Part shown: piece after piece, positions 16,707 to 31,552 of the stretch | Layout of the letters: every line of letters begins with the position of its first letter | How positions within the stretch are numbered: the stretch's first letter is position 1 | Assembly: GCA_009914755.4 (NCBI GenBank) | Contig: CP068257.2 | Coordinates: 23,296,001-23,360,000, forward strand | Length of the DNA stretch: 64,000 bases | Origin: the human T2T-CHM13v2.0 reference genome, Homo sapiens | Direction: 5' to 3' | Position numbers and translations under genes: made by a program | The notes under the pieces: model-generated | Told to the model about the DNA's origin: nothing | Database searches by the model: none | What the model saw: the letters and a program-made list of their open reading frames with translations, nothing else

Positions 16707-18545
16707 TTAGTTCACTACAATTTGTCTAGCCATTCATCAGCTGAAGAACACTGTTTTCTTTCCTATTTGATCATATTAAAATATACCCCAACAGACAGGC
16801 AAGATGAACTCTTCATGGCTAACATGAGGCACAACCAAACAGAATCAAAGGGTCATGGCAGGGTGAGGAGCTGGTCACATATCCCTGTGTTACTCAGTAC
16901 TGTCACGAAATTTTCTTTCCTGTAATTAAGCAGAAACCAGTTCCTAAAGAGCCTTGTCAAAACAACTACAGCTAGAGTGTCCCCTCTGACCTTCACAAGC
17001 TCAGCTGACACCTGGAACCTCCTAATTGAAAGACTTGTAGTTTCTATTGAAAGACTATCCAACCCAGGCTTTGCCCCTTATCCTACTGTTTCCCCTCTGG
17101 TTCTGCAGTCCCATCACAAATTCTGATTAGACAGGGTATTGGTCCTTCAAACATTCTTTCCTGATACACAACCACAAACCTCAAGCCAGTTTCGGCCGCC
17201 TTACACAGGATGTACACAAAATGCTTTGAACTCTGTAGTTCACCTTTTAATGTAGTCAGCTAAACTCCCCCTCATTTTAATACTAAAACTCAACCACAAA
17301 GTGAACATAGAGTGTATGTTACATATCTGTTTACCCATTGTGCATGTGCCTGACTTCCCTCATAAATATACATAGATTTTCCCCAAACCCGCTGAAAACG
17401 TATGACCCAATTATGCAAAACAGACCATGTAAGGCATAAACATCAGCCTCACCCTACCCTCTTTAGAGAACACATTTCACTTACACTGAAGGCTTTGCTT
17501 CCCCAGTTTGCAGATTTTTTTTTAATATAGAAATTAAAGCTACTCCTTTTCCCTCTGCAAATCTCATGACTTTTGTTAACATTTCTTTGGGGACAACGAT
17601 GGGATCAGAAGTGGCCCCCAAGCTCCTTCCCAGCCACATCTGGAACAACACCTGATGCCTACAAGAGTCCCTTGAACTCAGTTATCTTCTGGCTGCTTTC
17701 TAGGATTTAAGATCTCCCATTTTTAGGTTGAAGCCTTGAAAACTTTTCTTCAGGAAGCCAGTTCATTAGGCTCTATCAGCCCTGTGGGGTCCACTCACAT
17801 TTTGTAGGGTACACTTGCAATTTGTGGGTACACTCGTGCTTCCTGGGGTGTGCTCACATTTCAGGTTTTGCTGTAATGCTCACACTAAGGGTATCAGAAG
17901 GGACACCTTTGTCAGGTCCCTGCAATGAGTAATCCATGTCCCGAGGGGATGGTCTCTGACCAGCTGCCTTCAGGTACCCAGGTAAGCTTTACATTTAAAA
18001 ACTATAGGGAAAATTCCTGCACCTTAAGGCTTTGGATAAACTCAACCTGAGAAAGTTTAAAGCCATGCCAAGACATTTTCTGGGACTCTGATTGGTAACA
18101 TGTTTAAACATTATAGGGATCATTCAAACCACCTGTTGTTTTAAAACTAGAATAAAAGATTGCTGCTATAAAATTTTACATTTTAAACAAGATATGCTTA
18201 TCGCATTGATATCTTGAGGCTAGGAAACAAAGAACCATTCAGGACTCAAAGACTGCCTTGCTACAAAATACTGTCTCAAAGCTAACTAAAACTTTTTTTC
18301 CTTTCCAGAGCTCCCCCTCCTTCTTTTGACAATTCTGTCTCTTTATCTTTCTGTGAGCTAAACTCTCTTTATCCAAAACTCCTCACTATTCTGACATACT
18401 ATTTAGAAAAAACACTTAAAAACCCACAAAGATATAATTCCCATGTAAAGACCCCCTTCTTATGCTCAACAGAATGGCAACATTCTTACCTTAAGGGCAA
18501 AGAATTGAGTCCAAAATCTGCTGCATAGACTTTGTTAAAATAAAT

Positions 18546-18550
<5 letters not shown>

Positions 18551-18576
<26 letters not shown>

Positions 18577-18577
18577 T
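18551..18577. repeat. (TA)n microsatellite
   Basis: tatatatatatatatatatatatatat. Confidence 0.95.
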
Positions 18578-19930
18578 TGTTCTCTTTACATAATTCAGTT
18601 AGATTTTCACAGTTAACTATTATTTGTCCAATTCAGTATATTGATAACTGCCTCAAATTGTTTTACCCAAAAGTAACCTGTTAGTAGTAGCTCAGTAGTA
18701 GCCTATAAAAGCCCTGCTAATATTTGTTGGTTTTTCCTTTCTGTGTTTCATCTGAATAATTTACATTTCTATGTATTTATATTTATTGATATTTTATTCT
18801 ACAGTTTCTAATCTTCTGTTAATATCTTCCAATGTATTTTTTATTTCAGATAGTGTATTTTATCTCTAAAAATTCAATTTAATTCTTTTCACATCTTACT
18901 ACTCATTATTTTTATACATTTTAAAAATATGAATTATACATCTAATAGATGTTTTAGTGTTCTTTTCTGCTAATTCTATAATACCTTACATTTGAAAGCC
19001 TATTTCTGTTTATTGATTTTTCTCTGTTATGGATTATATTTTTCTACTTCCTTTCATGCCTGTCAATTTTTGTTTGGGTGTTGGGCATGGTAGAATTTAT
19101 GTTTTTGTTTTCTGAATGTTTTTTGTAGTCCTTTAAATATTGTCGGGCTTTGCATTAGATCACAGTTAAGATACCTGGGACCAGTTGGATCCTTTTCAAC
19201 AACTGCTTCTAAGTTAGAATTGTTAATTTGTTAGGATGATCAAAAAAATCACTCAGTATAGAACTCTTCTGAGGAGTTACAAGCATTATTTCTCTTCAAT
19301 ACTTGTTTTCTTCACCTAAGACAATGCTGTCTCATGCAGGCAAATTTCAGTATTGGGATAAAAAGAAGAGGTTTTCCTCATTGCAAATATCCAGGGCTGT
19401 CAATCTCTCTACTCTCCAAATTTTTTCTTATAAATTTTAACTACCTTGGTCTTCTGAACTCCAAATGTCTCCTCAACTCAGCAGGACCACTAATCTCTGT
19501 TTAGTTCTCTGTGTTTTGTATTTAAGCGTAGGAACTCTATTAAAGCAGTAAGCTGAGGCAATGATGGGGCTTAACTCATTTGTTTTCTCTTATTCAGGAA
19601 TCACTTTCCTGTACTGCATATTTCCGTTGTTCAATATAAAAACAAAAATGAAAGCATAACAACAAAAACCGTTGTTTCATATATTTTGTTTGGTTTTCTA
19701 TTATTTTAAGATTGGAAAATAAATCTGGTTTTCTTCACTGTAAGCAAAAGTCAGATTTTTTTAAAACTTATTAAAAATATTTATTTCTCTAATTCCAAAT
19801 TTGTTATAGAGTTGTTTCATTTCTATTCATACCGAGAGTCTGAATATCCTAAAGGTTAAGACACCAAATCGCCTGGGTGTAAATCTCTGCTTTGACAATT
19901 ACCTCTTAGGTGACCTTGAAAAGCCTCCTT

Positions 19931-20294
<364 letters not shown>

Positions 20295-20392
20295 TCATAG
20301 AGTTGTTGAAGGGATTAAGTTAGTTAATATAGAAAAAGCACTAAAAGCCATTTCTATCATATATTAAGATATTATTATCTCTAGTTCTGCTA

Positions 20393-20767
<375 letters not shown>

Positions 20768-20984
20768 TTATATTTTACTTTGTCATTTTTACGTTCATTT
20801 TAATACATTCCTTTGTTATTTTAAATATGAAGAGGCTCACTAATCTTATGCCTCTATTTTCATAACATTTGAATTCATTACATACATAACATCTAAGGAA
20901 ACCAACTTATACATTTGACCTCAATGAATCCTCATAATAGTTCTATGAGATTAAAACCAGTGATAGCTACACTATGCTGATTTG

Positions 20985-21090
20985 GGGAATAAAGTTAGAG
21001 AAGTTCAGTGATGTCCCCAAGGTCAAACAGCTGTCTCCTGAACACTGGAATACAAACCCAATTCCCTGTGATTCTAGAACCTTATCTGTT
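20985..21090 (+). mobile_element. MIR SINE fragment (core region)
   Basis: …agagaagttcagtgatgtccccaaggtcaaacagctgtctcctgaacactggaatacaaacccaattccctgtgattctagaacc is similar to the MIR core (…gcccaaggtcacacagctagtaagtggcagagctgggattcgaacccag…). Confidence 0.5.
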
Positions 21091-21688
21091 AGTGACTATG
21101 TGACTACCTCTATTAAATATCATTATAAGTAGGATAAACACAATTTCAGTTTTCCTTCGCAGAGTTCTGCTTCATGCCTGCCTTGCAGACTGATTTTTAT
21201 TTAATAGTGCCCATGGTCACTCACAAAAAGCCAAATTTGAATGATAAATTATATATTCACTGTTATATACATAACAGGTATTACTGACTGATGAGATTTA
21301 TAATGAGCAGCTAAAACCTAGAGAGTGATTTATACAGTTAAAGGAGGTGACGTCTCTAATGTCATTTTCCTATGCTTCAGTGATTTTATCACTTTGACTT
21401 TTAGAGAAAAATGACATGACACTTCACAGAGATTTGTTAAAATTTAGCAGTTAGTTATTCAGCCTCTCCCATTCTGCTGGTAGTTACAAAATAAGGTAGA
21501 TATTGAAGGACAGAGGTTAAATGCAGGAAGTGTATCTTGTCAGATGCCCAACACTCCATTCTTGCCTCCTCAGCCCTACTCAGATAAAAATAGAATAATT
21601 AAACTTTTAGGAAGAATCTGTAATCTAGTGGCTCTTTAGGGGATGGAAATGTGGGACAAGAAGGAGAATAAGAGAGAGAAATGAGTAA

Positions 21689-22020
<332 letters not shown>

Positions 22021-23650
22021 TCAGCAAAGTTTTTAATCATGTCAGAACTGTACTTATTTTTAAAGCTGCAAAAACATAAATAATCTATTCATTCCTCTTA
22101 GTCACTACTGAACAGGTAAAATAAAATATTTAGTATTATCCCACGCAAATGTGAAAAAGAGGGTGAACGCAAAGCATTGGCTGTTCCCAGGAGAGAGGCA
22201 ACTATGTCATTAAAGTTTGCATAATTGTTTTATCCATGAAGCAAAGAAAGGCAGTTGGGCTCTTTAATAACAAAAAAGGAAATACTGGATGATATACTAG
22301 TGACTGTGAAATAGTTCAGGGACTGTCATGCAGGAAATGAAATGAAATTGCCTACTTTGAAGTCTCTTGCCTTTGCTGTTCTTTCTGCTTGAAAATCTTT
22401 CTCCAAATACGCTTATGGCTTACCTTATCATAGCCACTGGAAGTCATTTTTTCACTGAGGGCTTCCAAAGTTGCCCTACATAACTTGCTAATTCTCTCTC
22501 ACACACACGCACAGTCACACTTCCTAGCTCCCTCTCTGCTTGTATTGCGTCATTTAGCACTTACTTCTACCTAATAGAGTATGTATTTTTCTTATTTTTC
22601 TTTTTTATTACCTCAAACCTACCTAAATGTGGGGCTCATAAAAGCAGGAATTTATATCTAATTTGCTCACTGCTAATCACCAATGCTCAAATCAGTACCT
22701 GGTAATGGTTAACAAATACTTCTTACATTAATAAATGATGAACAAGATATTTGTTTGGTTTTAACCCAAAGGGTTGAACAAAAATCCAGAAATAAATTGG
22801 AAGGTGGCAGATTAGGCTCATTGTAAAATATTAGGACTACATTCTGTCTCTTTATGAGTAAGTGGCTCCTCAGAACATGATTCTAACATACTTGAAGTTA
22901 CTATATGATCAACTGACAGAAGTAATTTCAAAAATTCTTGCAGATTGGATGAGAGGTTGATATTCTTTTCCTTAGTACAGAGAAACTTTGGTTATTCAGC
23001 AAAGGGAGAAAAAGATGTTCAAAGCACTACACACAAGCTACAATACTAAAATGAAGACTAGCTTTCCTGTTTAATCATAGTTCTCGTTAGTTTATTTCTA
23101 TTACTCAATCTAACTTGAAAACTTGCTTCTGTGAAACCTGAAAAATAAAAATTGAACCAAGAGAGAAGGTGAAGGAGATATGAGTTCTGGGAGCAGTGGT
23201 GGAGAACAAGAAAAACAAAGGAGAAACAGCAACTCATAGAGCCTTTTTTGCATTACTTATTGAGACAGATACAGTTTACAATGCTGACATTTGTCTTGAG
23301 AAAGAGAAAGAGAAGAAAAAATTTACTTATGACATGTTTTATTTTTCTAAAACTTTGAAAGGTTCAAAATTATCTTTATGCAGGTTTCACATATTAATTT
23401 AAAATCTTACTGACTTTGTGAAACGGTACAAAAATCAACAACAACAGCAACAAAAATAACTTGAACTCAATAAATGCCACTTGAATCAGCAAAGACCCAC
23501 GTGTGTGGTTCTGTCAAATCCCCTTGCTGCAATAGCTCTGCCAATTTACTTGACAAATGTGTAGCCCTGGACTTTCACCCCTTGTTTAACAGAACAATTT
23601 GAAGATGATACTTTAGAAGTCTTTCAGATCATTAGATGGTTATTTTTGCA

Positions 23651-23853
23651 GAAGCAAAGGAGAGAGAAGGAGGTGCTACACACATTTCAAAAACCAGGTC
23701 TTGTGATAACTCACTCACTCACTCACTATCATGAGAACAGCACCAAGGAGGAGGTGTTAAACCATTCATCACGGACCACCCGCATGATCCACTCACCTCC
23801 CACCAGGCCCCACCTCCAATATTGGGGATTACAATTCAACATGAGATTTGGGC
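23651..23853 (-). mobile_element. MST-type MaLR LTR 5'-portion fragment, antisense; near-identical inverted copy of 24454-24652
   Basis: Reverse complement of 24454-24652 at ~98.5% identity (one extra 'cact' unit and 2 substitutions over ~200 bp). Confidence 0.8.
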
Positions 23854-24429
23854 TATCAGCTTGGGAAAAAATACTATCAGCTTGGAAAAAAAACTATTTT
23901 GTACTTTGCTTTTTTAAAGCACAAAAATAAATAGGAGTTATACATTTAACATTTTCAACATTCAGGAAAATAAAATATTAATTTCTCTTTTTCATAAACC
24001 AAATGCATTTTAGGCTCAGTTCTTCTCTATCTCTTATTTCATGGCTACTACTGTGTTTTTCCAACTAGGCCAAGAGTAAAACATTGCTGAATTTTTATAA
24101 TAATACAAACCTCATTCCCTATATATTTTCACAGGAAAAAAAATCTTTTTGGCGATAAAAAAATTTCATCATTACCCTGATGTCATGAAATTATATTCTG
24201 CTGAATTGACCAGAGAAAGACATTGTGCATAAGGCATGGTAGATCCATTAAAATTCAAATAAACACATTCAATTTTAAGGTGAAATTTGTTCATTTGCAT
24301 TTTTTTATAATTAGTAGTCATGGAGGATAATACTTTGATGACATACTAATAAAAATACATCCACAATAATGTATTATTACTAGACTTCTCTTTATTTCTA
24401 ACAACATAACAAACACTGTGATAATGACT

Positions 24430-24819
24430 GATATGGTTTGGATCTGCGTCCCTGCCCAAATCTCATGTTGAATTGTAATCCCCAATATTGGAGGTGGGGC
24501 CTGGTGGGAGGTGAGTGGATCATGCGGGTGGTCCGTGATGAATGGTGTAGCACCTCCTCCTTGGTGCTGTTCTCATGATAGTGAGTGAGTGAGTTATCAC
24601 AAGACCTGGTTTTTGAAATGTGTGTAGCACCTCCTTCTCTCTCCTTTGCTCCTGCTCTGGCAGTGTAAGATGTGCCTGCCTTCCTGTCTCCTAATCATGA
24701 TTGTAAGTTTCCTGAGGCCCTCCTCAGAAGCAGAAGCTGCTATGCCTCCTGGACAGCCTGCAGAACCATGAGCCAATTAAACCTCTTTTCTTTATAAACT
24801 ACCCAATCTGAGGTAATTC
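24430..24819 (+). mobile_element. MaLR LTR, MST/THE1-type (sense), 3' end truncated by an L1 insertion
   Basis: tgatatggtttggatctgcgtccctgcccaaatctcatgttgaattgtaatcccc…ccatgagccaattaaacctcttttctttataaactacccaatctgaggtaattc matches the THE1/MST consensus layout. Confidence 0.8.
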
Positions 24820-25420
24820 TTTTTTTTAAATTTTATTTTATTTTAAGTTCTGGGGTGCACGTGCAGGATGTGCAGGTTTGTTACATAGGTAAACATGTGC
24901 ACGTGGCTTGCTGCACCTATCTACCCATCACCTTGGTATTAAGCCAGGCGTGCATTAGCTGTTTTTCCTGATGATCTCTCACTCCTCCCCGTCTCCCACT
25001 AGTCCCCAGTGTGTGTTGTTCTCCTTCCTGTGTTCATGTGTTCTCATTTTTTGACTCCCACTTATAAGTGAGAACATGCAGTGTTTGGTTTTCTGCATTG
25101 CTGTGCTGAGGATGATAGCATCTGGCTCCATCCATGTCCCTGCAAAGGACATGAGCTCATTCATTTTTATGGCTGCATAGTATTCCATAGTGTGTATGTA
25201 CCACATTTTCTTTATCTAGTTTATCATTGATGGGCATTTGGATTGATTCCATGTCTTTGCTATTGTGAATAGTGCTGCAACCAACATATGTATGCATGTA
25301 TCTTTATAGTAGAATGATTTATATTCCTTTGGGTATACACCCAGTAATGGGATTATCAAGTCAAATGGTATTTCATAGCACTGCAAGAACAGACTAACAC
25401 AATGCCTTTTTGCACACATT
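24820..25420 (-). mobile_element. LINE-1 3' end (antisense; ORF2 C-terminus + 3' UTR), moderately diverged (L1PA/L1PB-like)
   Basis: Poly-T then the reverse-complemented L1 3' UTR: aagttctggggtgcacgtgcaggatgtgcaggtttgttacataggtaaacatgtgc…tgggtatacacccagtaatgggatt. Minus-strand ORFs 24979-25206 and 25216-25419 translate to the L1 ORF2 C-terminus (IPFD..IPLLGVYPKEYKS…FTIAKTWNQSKCP). Confidence 0.9.
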
Positions 25421-25589
25421 ATTTCTAATTATCAAAACAACTCAGACAGATCATAATCTTTGATTTACAAATGAGGAAACTTAAACTCTAAAGATTAATT
25501 GGAAGCTCATATAGCAAAAAGGGAGGTATGATCAGAATTTGAAACTAAGTCTTATTGATTCAGTAGTTATAATATTTATTAGTAGTTAT

Positions 25590-27330
25590 TTGGTAATATC
25601 AATGAAATGGATAAACTGGTTAGCTAGCCTAACCAAAAATTAAACAAACAAATAAAGAAGACACAAATTACTAATACCAGGAATGGAAGAAGGGTCATCA
25701 CTACTGTCTCATAGATGCAAAAAGAATAATAAAGGCATATTATGAACAATTCTATGACCACACATATAACTTTGATGATATGTACCAATTAACTGAAAAG
25801 CACAATTTGTCAAAACTGACACAAGAATATGTAATTAGAATAGCTCTATATCTATTTTTAAAATTGAATCAATAATTAATAACCTTCCAAAAAATAAAGC
25901 GCTAAAACTGATGGTTTCAATGTTGGATCTTACCAAACATTTAAGAAAGAAGTGATAGTAAACCACAATCCCCAAAAAATAAAATTGGAAAGGACACTTC
26001 CTAATATATTCTATGAGGCAGCATTATCTTAATCTCAAAATCAGATAAAGACATTACAGAAAAGGAAAACAAGGGACCAATATCTCTGATGAACATAAAT
26101 GAAAATTTTCTCAACAAAGTATGAGCAAAGAAAATCTAACGATATATAAAAACGTATACACCAGGGCCAAGTGGGATTTGTTGTAGATTTGCAGGGCTGG
26201 TTCAACATTCAGCAGTCAGTTAATATAATGCACCATATTAACAGATGAAAGAAGAAATATCACATAAGCATATCAATAGGTGCAGAAAATGCATTTGACA
26301 AAATGCAATAGCCACTTGTGATAAGATATCTCAGAAAACTAAGACTAGAACTCACTGAAGTTGGAAAAATAAAATCTATAAAAACCTATAGCTAACAGCA
26401 TACTTAATGGTAGAAACTGGACAATTTCTTTCTGTGGTTGGGAATAAGGCAAGGATGTTTTCTCTCATCACTCCTATTCAATTCTATGATGGAAGTCCTA
26501 GAAAATGCAATTAAAAGAGGAAGGGTAATACAACATATAGAGATTGGGAAAGAATAAATAAAACTGTGTTTGTTTGTAGATGACATGGGTTGTCTGTGTA
26601 AAAAATCCCAAAGAACTAACAAAATTACTCCTGGGACTAAAAAGCAATTACTGCAAGATTGTATAATACAACCTTATAAATACACAATAGTCAAATTATA
26701 TTTATGTATAGCCTGTAATAAACAAATATAATTTGAAATTAGAAGCATTTTGGTTCAATTATACAAATATATACAAGATCTGTATGAGTAAAACTACAAA
26801 GCTCAGATAAAACAACAAAGATATCTAAATAAAAAAATAGATGTTCCATGTTTATGAATAGAAAGGCCTAATATAGTTAAGAAGCTAATTGTTTACAACT
26901 TGATCTAGATACAAACAATCGCAACCCAAAATTCTAGAAAGTCATTTTGTGGACATCAGCAAATGACTCTAAAGTTTATATGAAAAGAAAAAAGATGCAG
27001 AATAGCCAACACAATACTGAAAAAAAGGAAAAAACTTATAATACTAAACTCCTGGAGTTTATAAATTACATAAAGGTACATTAGTCGAGACAGTGTGATA
27101 CAGGCAAAAGGCTAGAAGAATGGAAGAACAGGTCAATGGAAAACAATACAGAGCTCAGAAACAGACCCAAACAAATACCATTAACTAATCTTTGAGAAAG
27201 GAACAAAGGCAATTCCATTGAGAAAGGATAATCTTTTCAACAAATGGTGCTGCAACAACTGGACATGACCAGAGCAAAGAGATTATTACAGACCTAATTA
27301 AGGACTTTGGACCTCCAGACAAACGCAATC
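25590..27330 (+). mobile_element. LINE-1 internal fragment (ORF2 reverse-transcriptase region), ancient L1M-like, sense
   Basis: Conceptual translation shows L1 ORF2 motifs (…NSFYEASIIL… region, …FNKWCWNNWT…). It is heavily diverged with many stops. Confidence 0.75.
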
Positions 27331-27940
27331 TTTGCTGAGAATGGAACTGCCTGTAAGTAAGTTCTAAAGATGTGTTCTGCAGCCTAGTGTCTACAGTTAA
27401 CAATACAGTGCTGGGCACGTCAAAATTTGTTAAGAAGGCTCATCTCATGTTAAGTGTTCTCGCCACAAAAACAAAAACATAGGGGCACAAGAAAGCTTTG
27501 GGAGGTGACGGTTACATCTGTAACCTCAAATGTACTGATGCTATCACAGGTGTTTGCATATACTGAAACTCACCAAATTGTCCACATTAAATATGTGTAG
27601 TTATTTGTATATCAATTACACCTCATTAAAGCTGTTAACAAAAGAATCAATGTGATGATTTGCATAGGAGAACATACATAATTCAGGTTATAAGGCAAGA
27701 AAGGCCAGTGGGAATGTGAATTCCTATGATCACCTCACACAAATTAAATATGGGGTTCTAGACTCTGAGATAAATTCCAGAGCGCTCTCACTAATAACTA
27801 ATTGATCGCCTAATGATCTCTTCAGTGAAATGAGGATTTCTTGAAGAAATACATGAGTTTGTAATGACTCCCTGCCTGCTGAAAGCCTTCCAATCCCCAA
27901 ACTGAGTGGACCCAGTGAAGACAAAACAGTGATATATTTC

Positions 27941-28067
27941 TTTTTTTTTTAATTATTATTATACTTTAAGTTTTAGGGTACATGCGCACAATGTGCAGGT
28001 TTGTTACATATGTATACATGTGCCATGTTGGTGTGCGGCACCCATTAACTTTCTACCCCATCACAGC
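27941..28067 (-). mobile_element. Short LINE-1 extreme 3' end (antisense)
   Basis: Poly-T then ttaagttttagggtacatgcgcacaatgtgcaggtttgttacatatgtatacatgtgccatgttggtgtgcggcacccattaac. Confidence 0.85.
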
Positions 28068-28614
28068 AAAGAATGAACACAAATGGTTATCCAAAAAAAA
28101 ATCAAAATCTTTAGACATATTCCTGAAGAGACATAAAGAAATAGATCCTTAGGGATAAGGGAAGCCCTAATGAGAAAATGTCACCTACATCTCAAGGTAG
28201 TTGTCAGAGCTAGATTAAAGAGCTATTGATACTCTACAATTCCCAGACTTCCTGTGGGCAAGGCTTATGAAAGGCAACAATTGGGGAAAAGTTCACTTCT
28301 TCCTACTCAGCCTGAGGCATATTTCCCACAGATCGGTTGATTCATTTGGCAAACTTTTATGGAGCACCAACTATATATTGTACTATACACTACACTAGAA
28401 TCAGGAGATTAAAAAGTATGATTACAACACAGTCCATATCCTGAGAAATAGTCCCATCCTTTAGAATCTTAATATTTTTTCTAAAACATGATTTGGTGGA
28501 CAGTCTGTTTCTTTACTTACGTGACATATTTCATATAAACTATAGCAGAAAAAAAGATACTATTTAAGAACGAAGACTGCAGCCAGATTGCCTGGTTTCC
28601 AGTTTTTTTTCATC

Positions 28615-28830
28615 TCCTCACTATGTGACCTTTGCCAAGTTTCTTGCCTCCTCAGTGCTTTATATTTCTCATCTGTACAGTGCAATGTATAATATACTGA
28701 GTACAGTGTCATAGTTATCTACCTTGTAAGGTTGCTGTGAGGATTTAAGTGAGTTAAAACCTGTAAAGTATCTAAACCATTCTAGGCGCATAGAAAGTTC
28801 TAGAGCCATGTTTGCTGCTGCTGCTATCAC
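28615..28830 (+). mobile_element. MIR SINE (core to 3' end), sense
   Basis: ctatgtgacctttgccaagtttcttgcctcctcagtgctttatatttctcatctgtacagtgcaatg…taccttgtaaggttgctgtgaggatttaagtgagttaaaacctgtaaagtatctaaaccattctaggcgcatagaaagttc matches the MIR consensus (…tgtgaccttgggcaagtcacttaacctctctgagcctcagtttcctcatctgtaaaatggg…tagggttgttgtgaggattaaatgag…gcgcttagcacagtgcctggcacatag…). Confidence 0.8.
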
Positions 28831-30971
28831 CCGTGTTATCACTGTTGTCGCCACCGTCGTTTTCATTCCAATGGGTTACAGGCTGACTGATGTTTATATA
28901 ATCAATAGGAATGTTATCTCACCATCCCATGGCACATTAACCACAGCAACTGTTATTTAGTAGCTACGTCTGTACTGAGAGCCTTTCAAAGATTTATATC
29001 TATTACCAAACAATACCTTGCTGTAGGGACACAGATCCACAAATATTAGTGACTTTGTGACAATCACTAATATCTCTTCAGGCACAGAGTTTTGAAGTTC
29101 TTTTTTTCAACTAGAGAGTTATGCAAATATTATGTATACTCACTGCACAATTAAACCTAATTATTTTAAAATGCAAAATGACGGACATTGCACATCATCT
29201 CACCATATTTTTCCAAATAGGATAGCATAGGTGTACTGTCAACTTCATGACAAGAATATGGCAGAGCTGTGCATCCTTTGGGAGAGATTTCCTACAATTA
29301 CTTAAATTCCTTACACTTTAACTCCTCGGAATTTCTGTAGAGGAAGAAAAGTGAAATCTGTAACTATTATGCCTTCTACTCTGTTATATGCTCCCATCTC
29401 TGTGAATCTTGATTTAAGCTGAGTGCATCGTTAATCTTTAATATAACCCGAGAACAATAGTCAAATAGAATAATGAGTGGTATTGAAGAAATATATAGAA
29501 CAGCATGCCCAGAAATGCATTCAACCACTCCATATCTTGCATTATTAGACACACCCACTGACTTGCACAGATCCAGAATTTTTAACTCTTTGTTGAAAGC
29601 AAGGGTAGGCAAAACTTATTCATAACAGACCAGATAATATAATATGTTCAGCTTTGTGGGCCATATGGTCTCTGTGACAACTACTCAACTCTGCTACTAT
29701 GACATAAAAGTGATCATAGACAATATATAAATAAAACATTATGGCTGTATTTTAATAAAACTTCATTTATGAACAGTAAAATTTGAATTACACGTAATTT
29801 TCATGTGTCACATGTATTATTTTCCTTGAAATTTTTTTCAAAAAATTAAAAATGCAACAAGTCTTTGCTCCCAGACCATACAAAAACATATGGCAGGCTT
29901 GATCTGGCTTACAGGCTATAGTTTCCTGAGCCATAATGCATAGGAATCAGAATATTTTGAATTTAACAATTTAACCATGGAACTGCAATCATTACCTAGA
30001 AGATTAGCTAATAACATAAAATGTCTCAAGGCATGCATTAAAACTTCAGTCTTATTTTTCTCATTTATTTATTTAGGATTCTAACTTTAAGAACAGAAAT
30101 CATGGGTTATGATTTCACATCTACCACTGTTAGTTTGCTAGCCTTCAGTGAAAATTTCCAACCTCTAGCAACCTCTTTTTCCCAAAGTCTGTTATTTGGG
30201 AGATGGATTATATCACTACTATCAACTCACACTATGTATCAGAATCACCTGTGGAGAAACCAAGGCCGAACACTCAGAGATATGGCGTCAACAGGTGACA
30301 CCAACCTGCATCCAGGGTTGGAAACCACTGGGCTACTGAGCTCCAGACCTCTTTCTGTTTGATAAGTTTAAGAATTTCTATTCTGTACATACCGTTGACA
30401 CAAATATCAGTAATAATGTAGCATTACTTCAGAGAATATTAAATTTAAATAATTAGTAGAAACCCTTTGCAAAAAAATTCAGAACTATTGAACTTCTCCT
30501 CCTTCACGATGGCAAAATCAAAAAGAAAATATATATTTAACTCCTTTTAGCTCACTGTTGAGAGATGGACAGAATAGAAAGAAAATAAGTAAACAAATCA
30601 TATGTATTTCTTTTCCCAATAGCTAGAGCATAGAAAATTACAGAGAAATAAAGCAGCAATAATCTGAAAGCTTCTATGTATTCTTATTCTCAAGCCCTAT
30701 TTCCTTATTTAGGGGGTTTTGTAGTTGAACAATTGCAGCAGTATTTCTCTGCTTCCAGTTTCATTATTGAAAAGACAGTTCACACAAATATTCAAAAATA
30801 AGCAGTCTACATTTTCATAATATGGTTCATTTTTTCCTAACTTTTAGTACATTTCACAGTCAATATCTTGTGTATACTCATGTTAGTGACTCAATTTTCA
30901 ACTGTCAGCTTCACAAACCGTCATCAAAAAAATCAGATGATCAAGCAGAGCTTGGTTGTTCAGACTTCTTA

Positions 30972-31032
30972 CAGTAAGGGACACACACGCAGACACACAC
31001 ACACACATCTAAACACACACACACACACACAC
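30972..31032. repeat. (CA)n dinucleotide microsatellite (interrupted)
   Basis: acacacacgcagacacacacacacacatctaaacacacacacacacacacacc. Confidence 0.95.
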
Positions 31033-31552
31033 CTTCTTGATTAAAAAACAGTAATGTTCCAACCTTTGGGTAGGAAATATTTAGGGTTTTATAACCTGAG
31101 CAGAATGATTTTAAGATGAGTGTTTCAAAGGAGGAAACTGGTTGAAATTAGGTATAGTTTTTGAATTACTAGATCTAGATTAGTGATCACAGTGAGGAGT
31201 GGGTCTTAAAGGGGGATTTGACAAGAAGATATGTCAGCCTGCCATATGTTTTCATATGGTCTGGGAGAAAAGGCTTGTGGCTGCATTTACAGTCTTGTCT
31301 TCAACAATTAAATATTTCTTGCAACAAGTAATTAAGACATTTTTGCTTGATTCCAATATTGTTTGACATAGGGACATGTAAATATGTTCATCATATATAT
31401 TGCTTAACAGAAGGGCAGAAAAGTATGCCTGGACCTGGCATGACTTAACACAGAGAGAAAAAAAATGTTTGTATTAATGCTCACTGACACTTTTTGTCAT
31501 GCTTTTGGTCATGCCTAAGATATACCATTATCTTATGAACTACCTTAGTCTG

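Noticed and set aside
24820-27330. Possible twin-primed (5'-inverted) single L1 insertion
   Set aside because: The two oppositely oriented pieces differ markedly in divergence from the L1 consensus (antisense piece ~10-15%, sense piece ~30%), and their ORF2 coordinates leave a ~600-bp gap. Independent insertions are more parsimonious.
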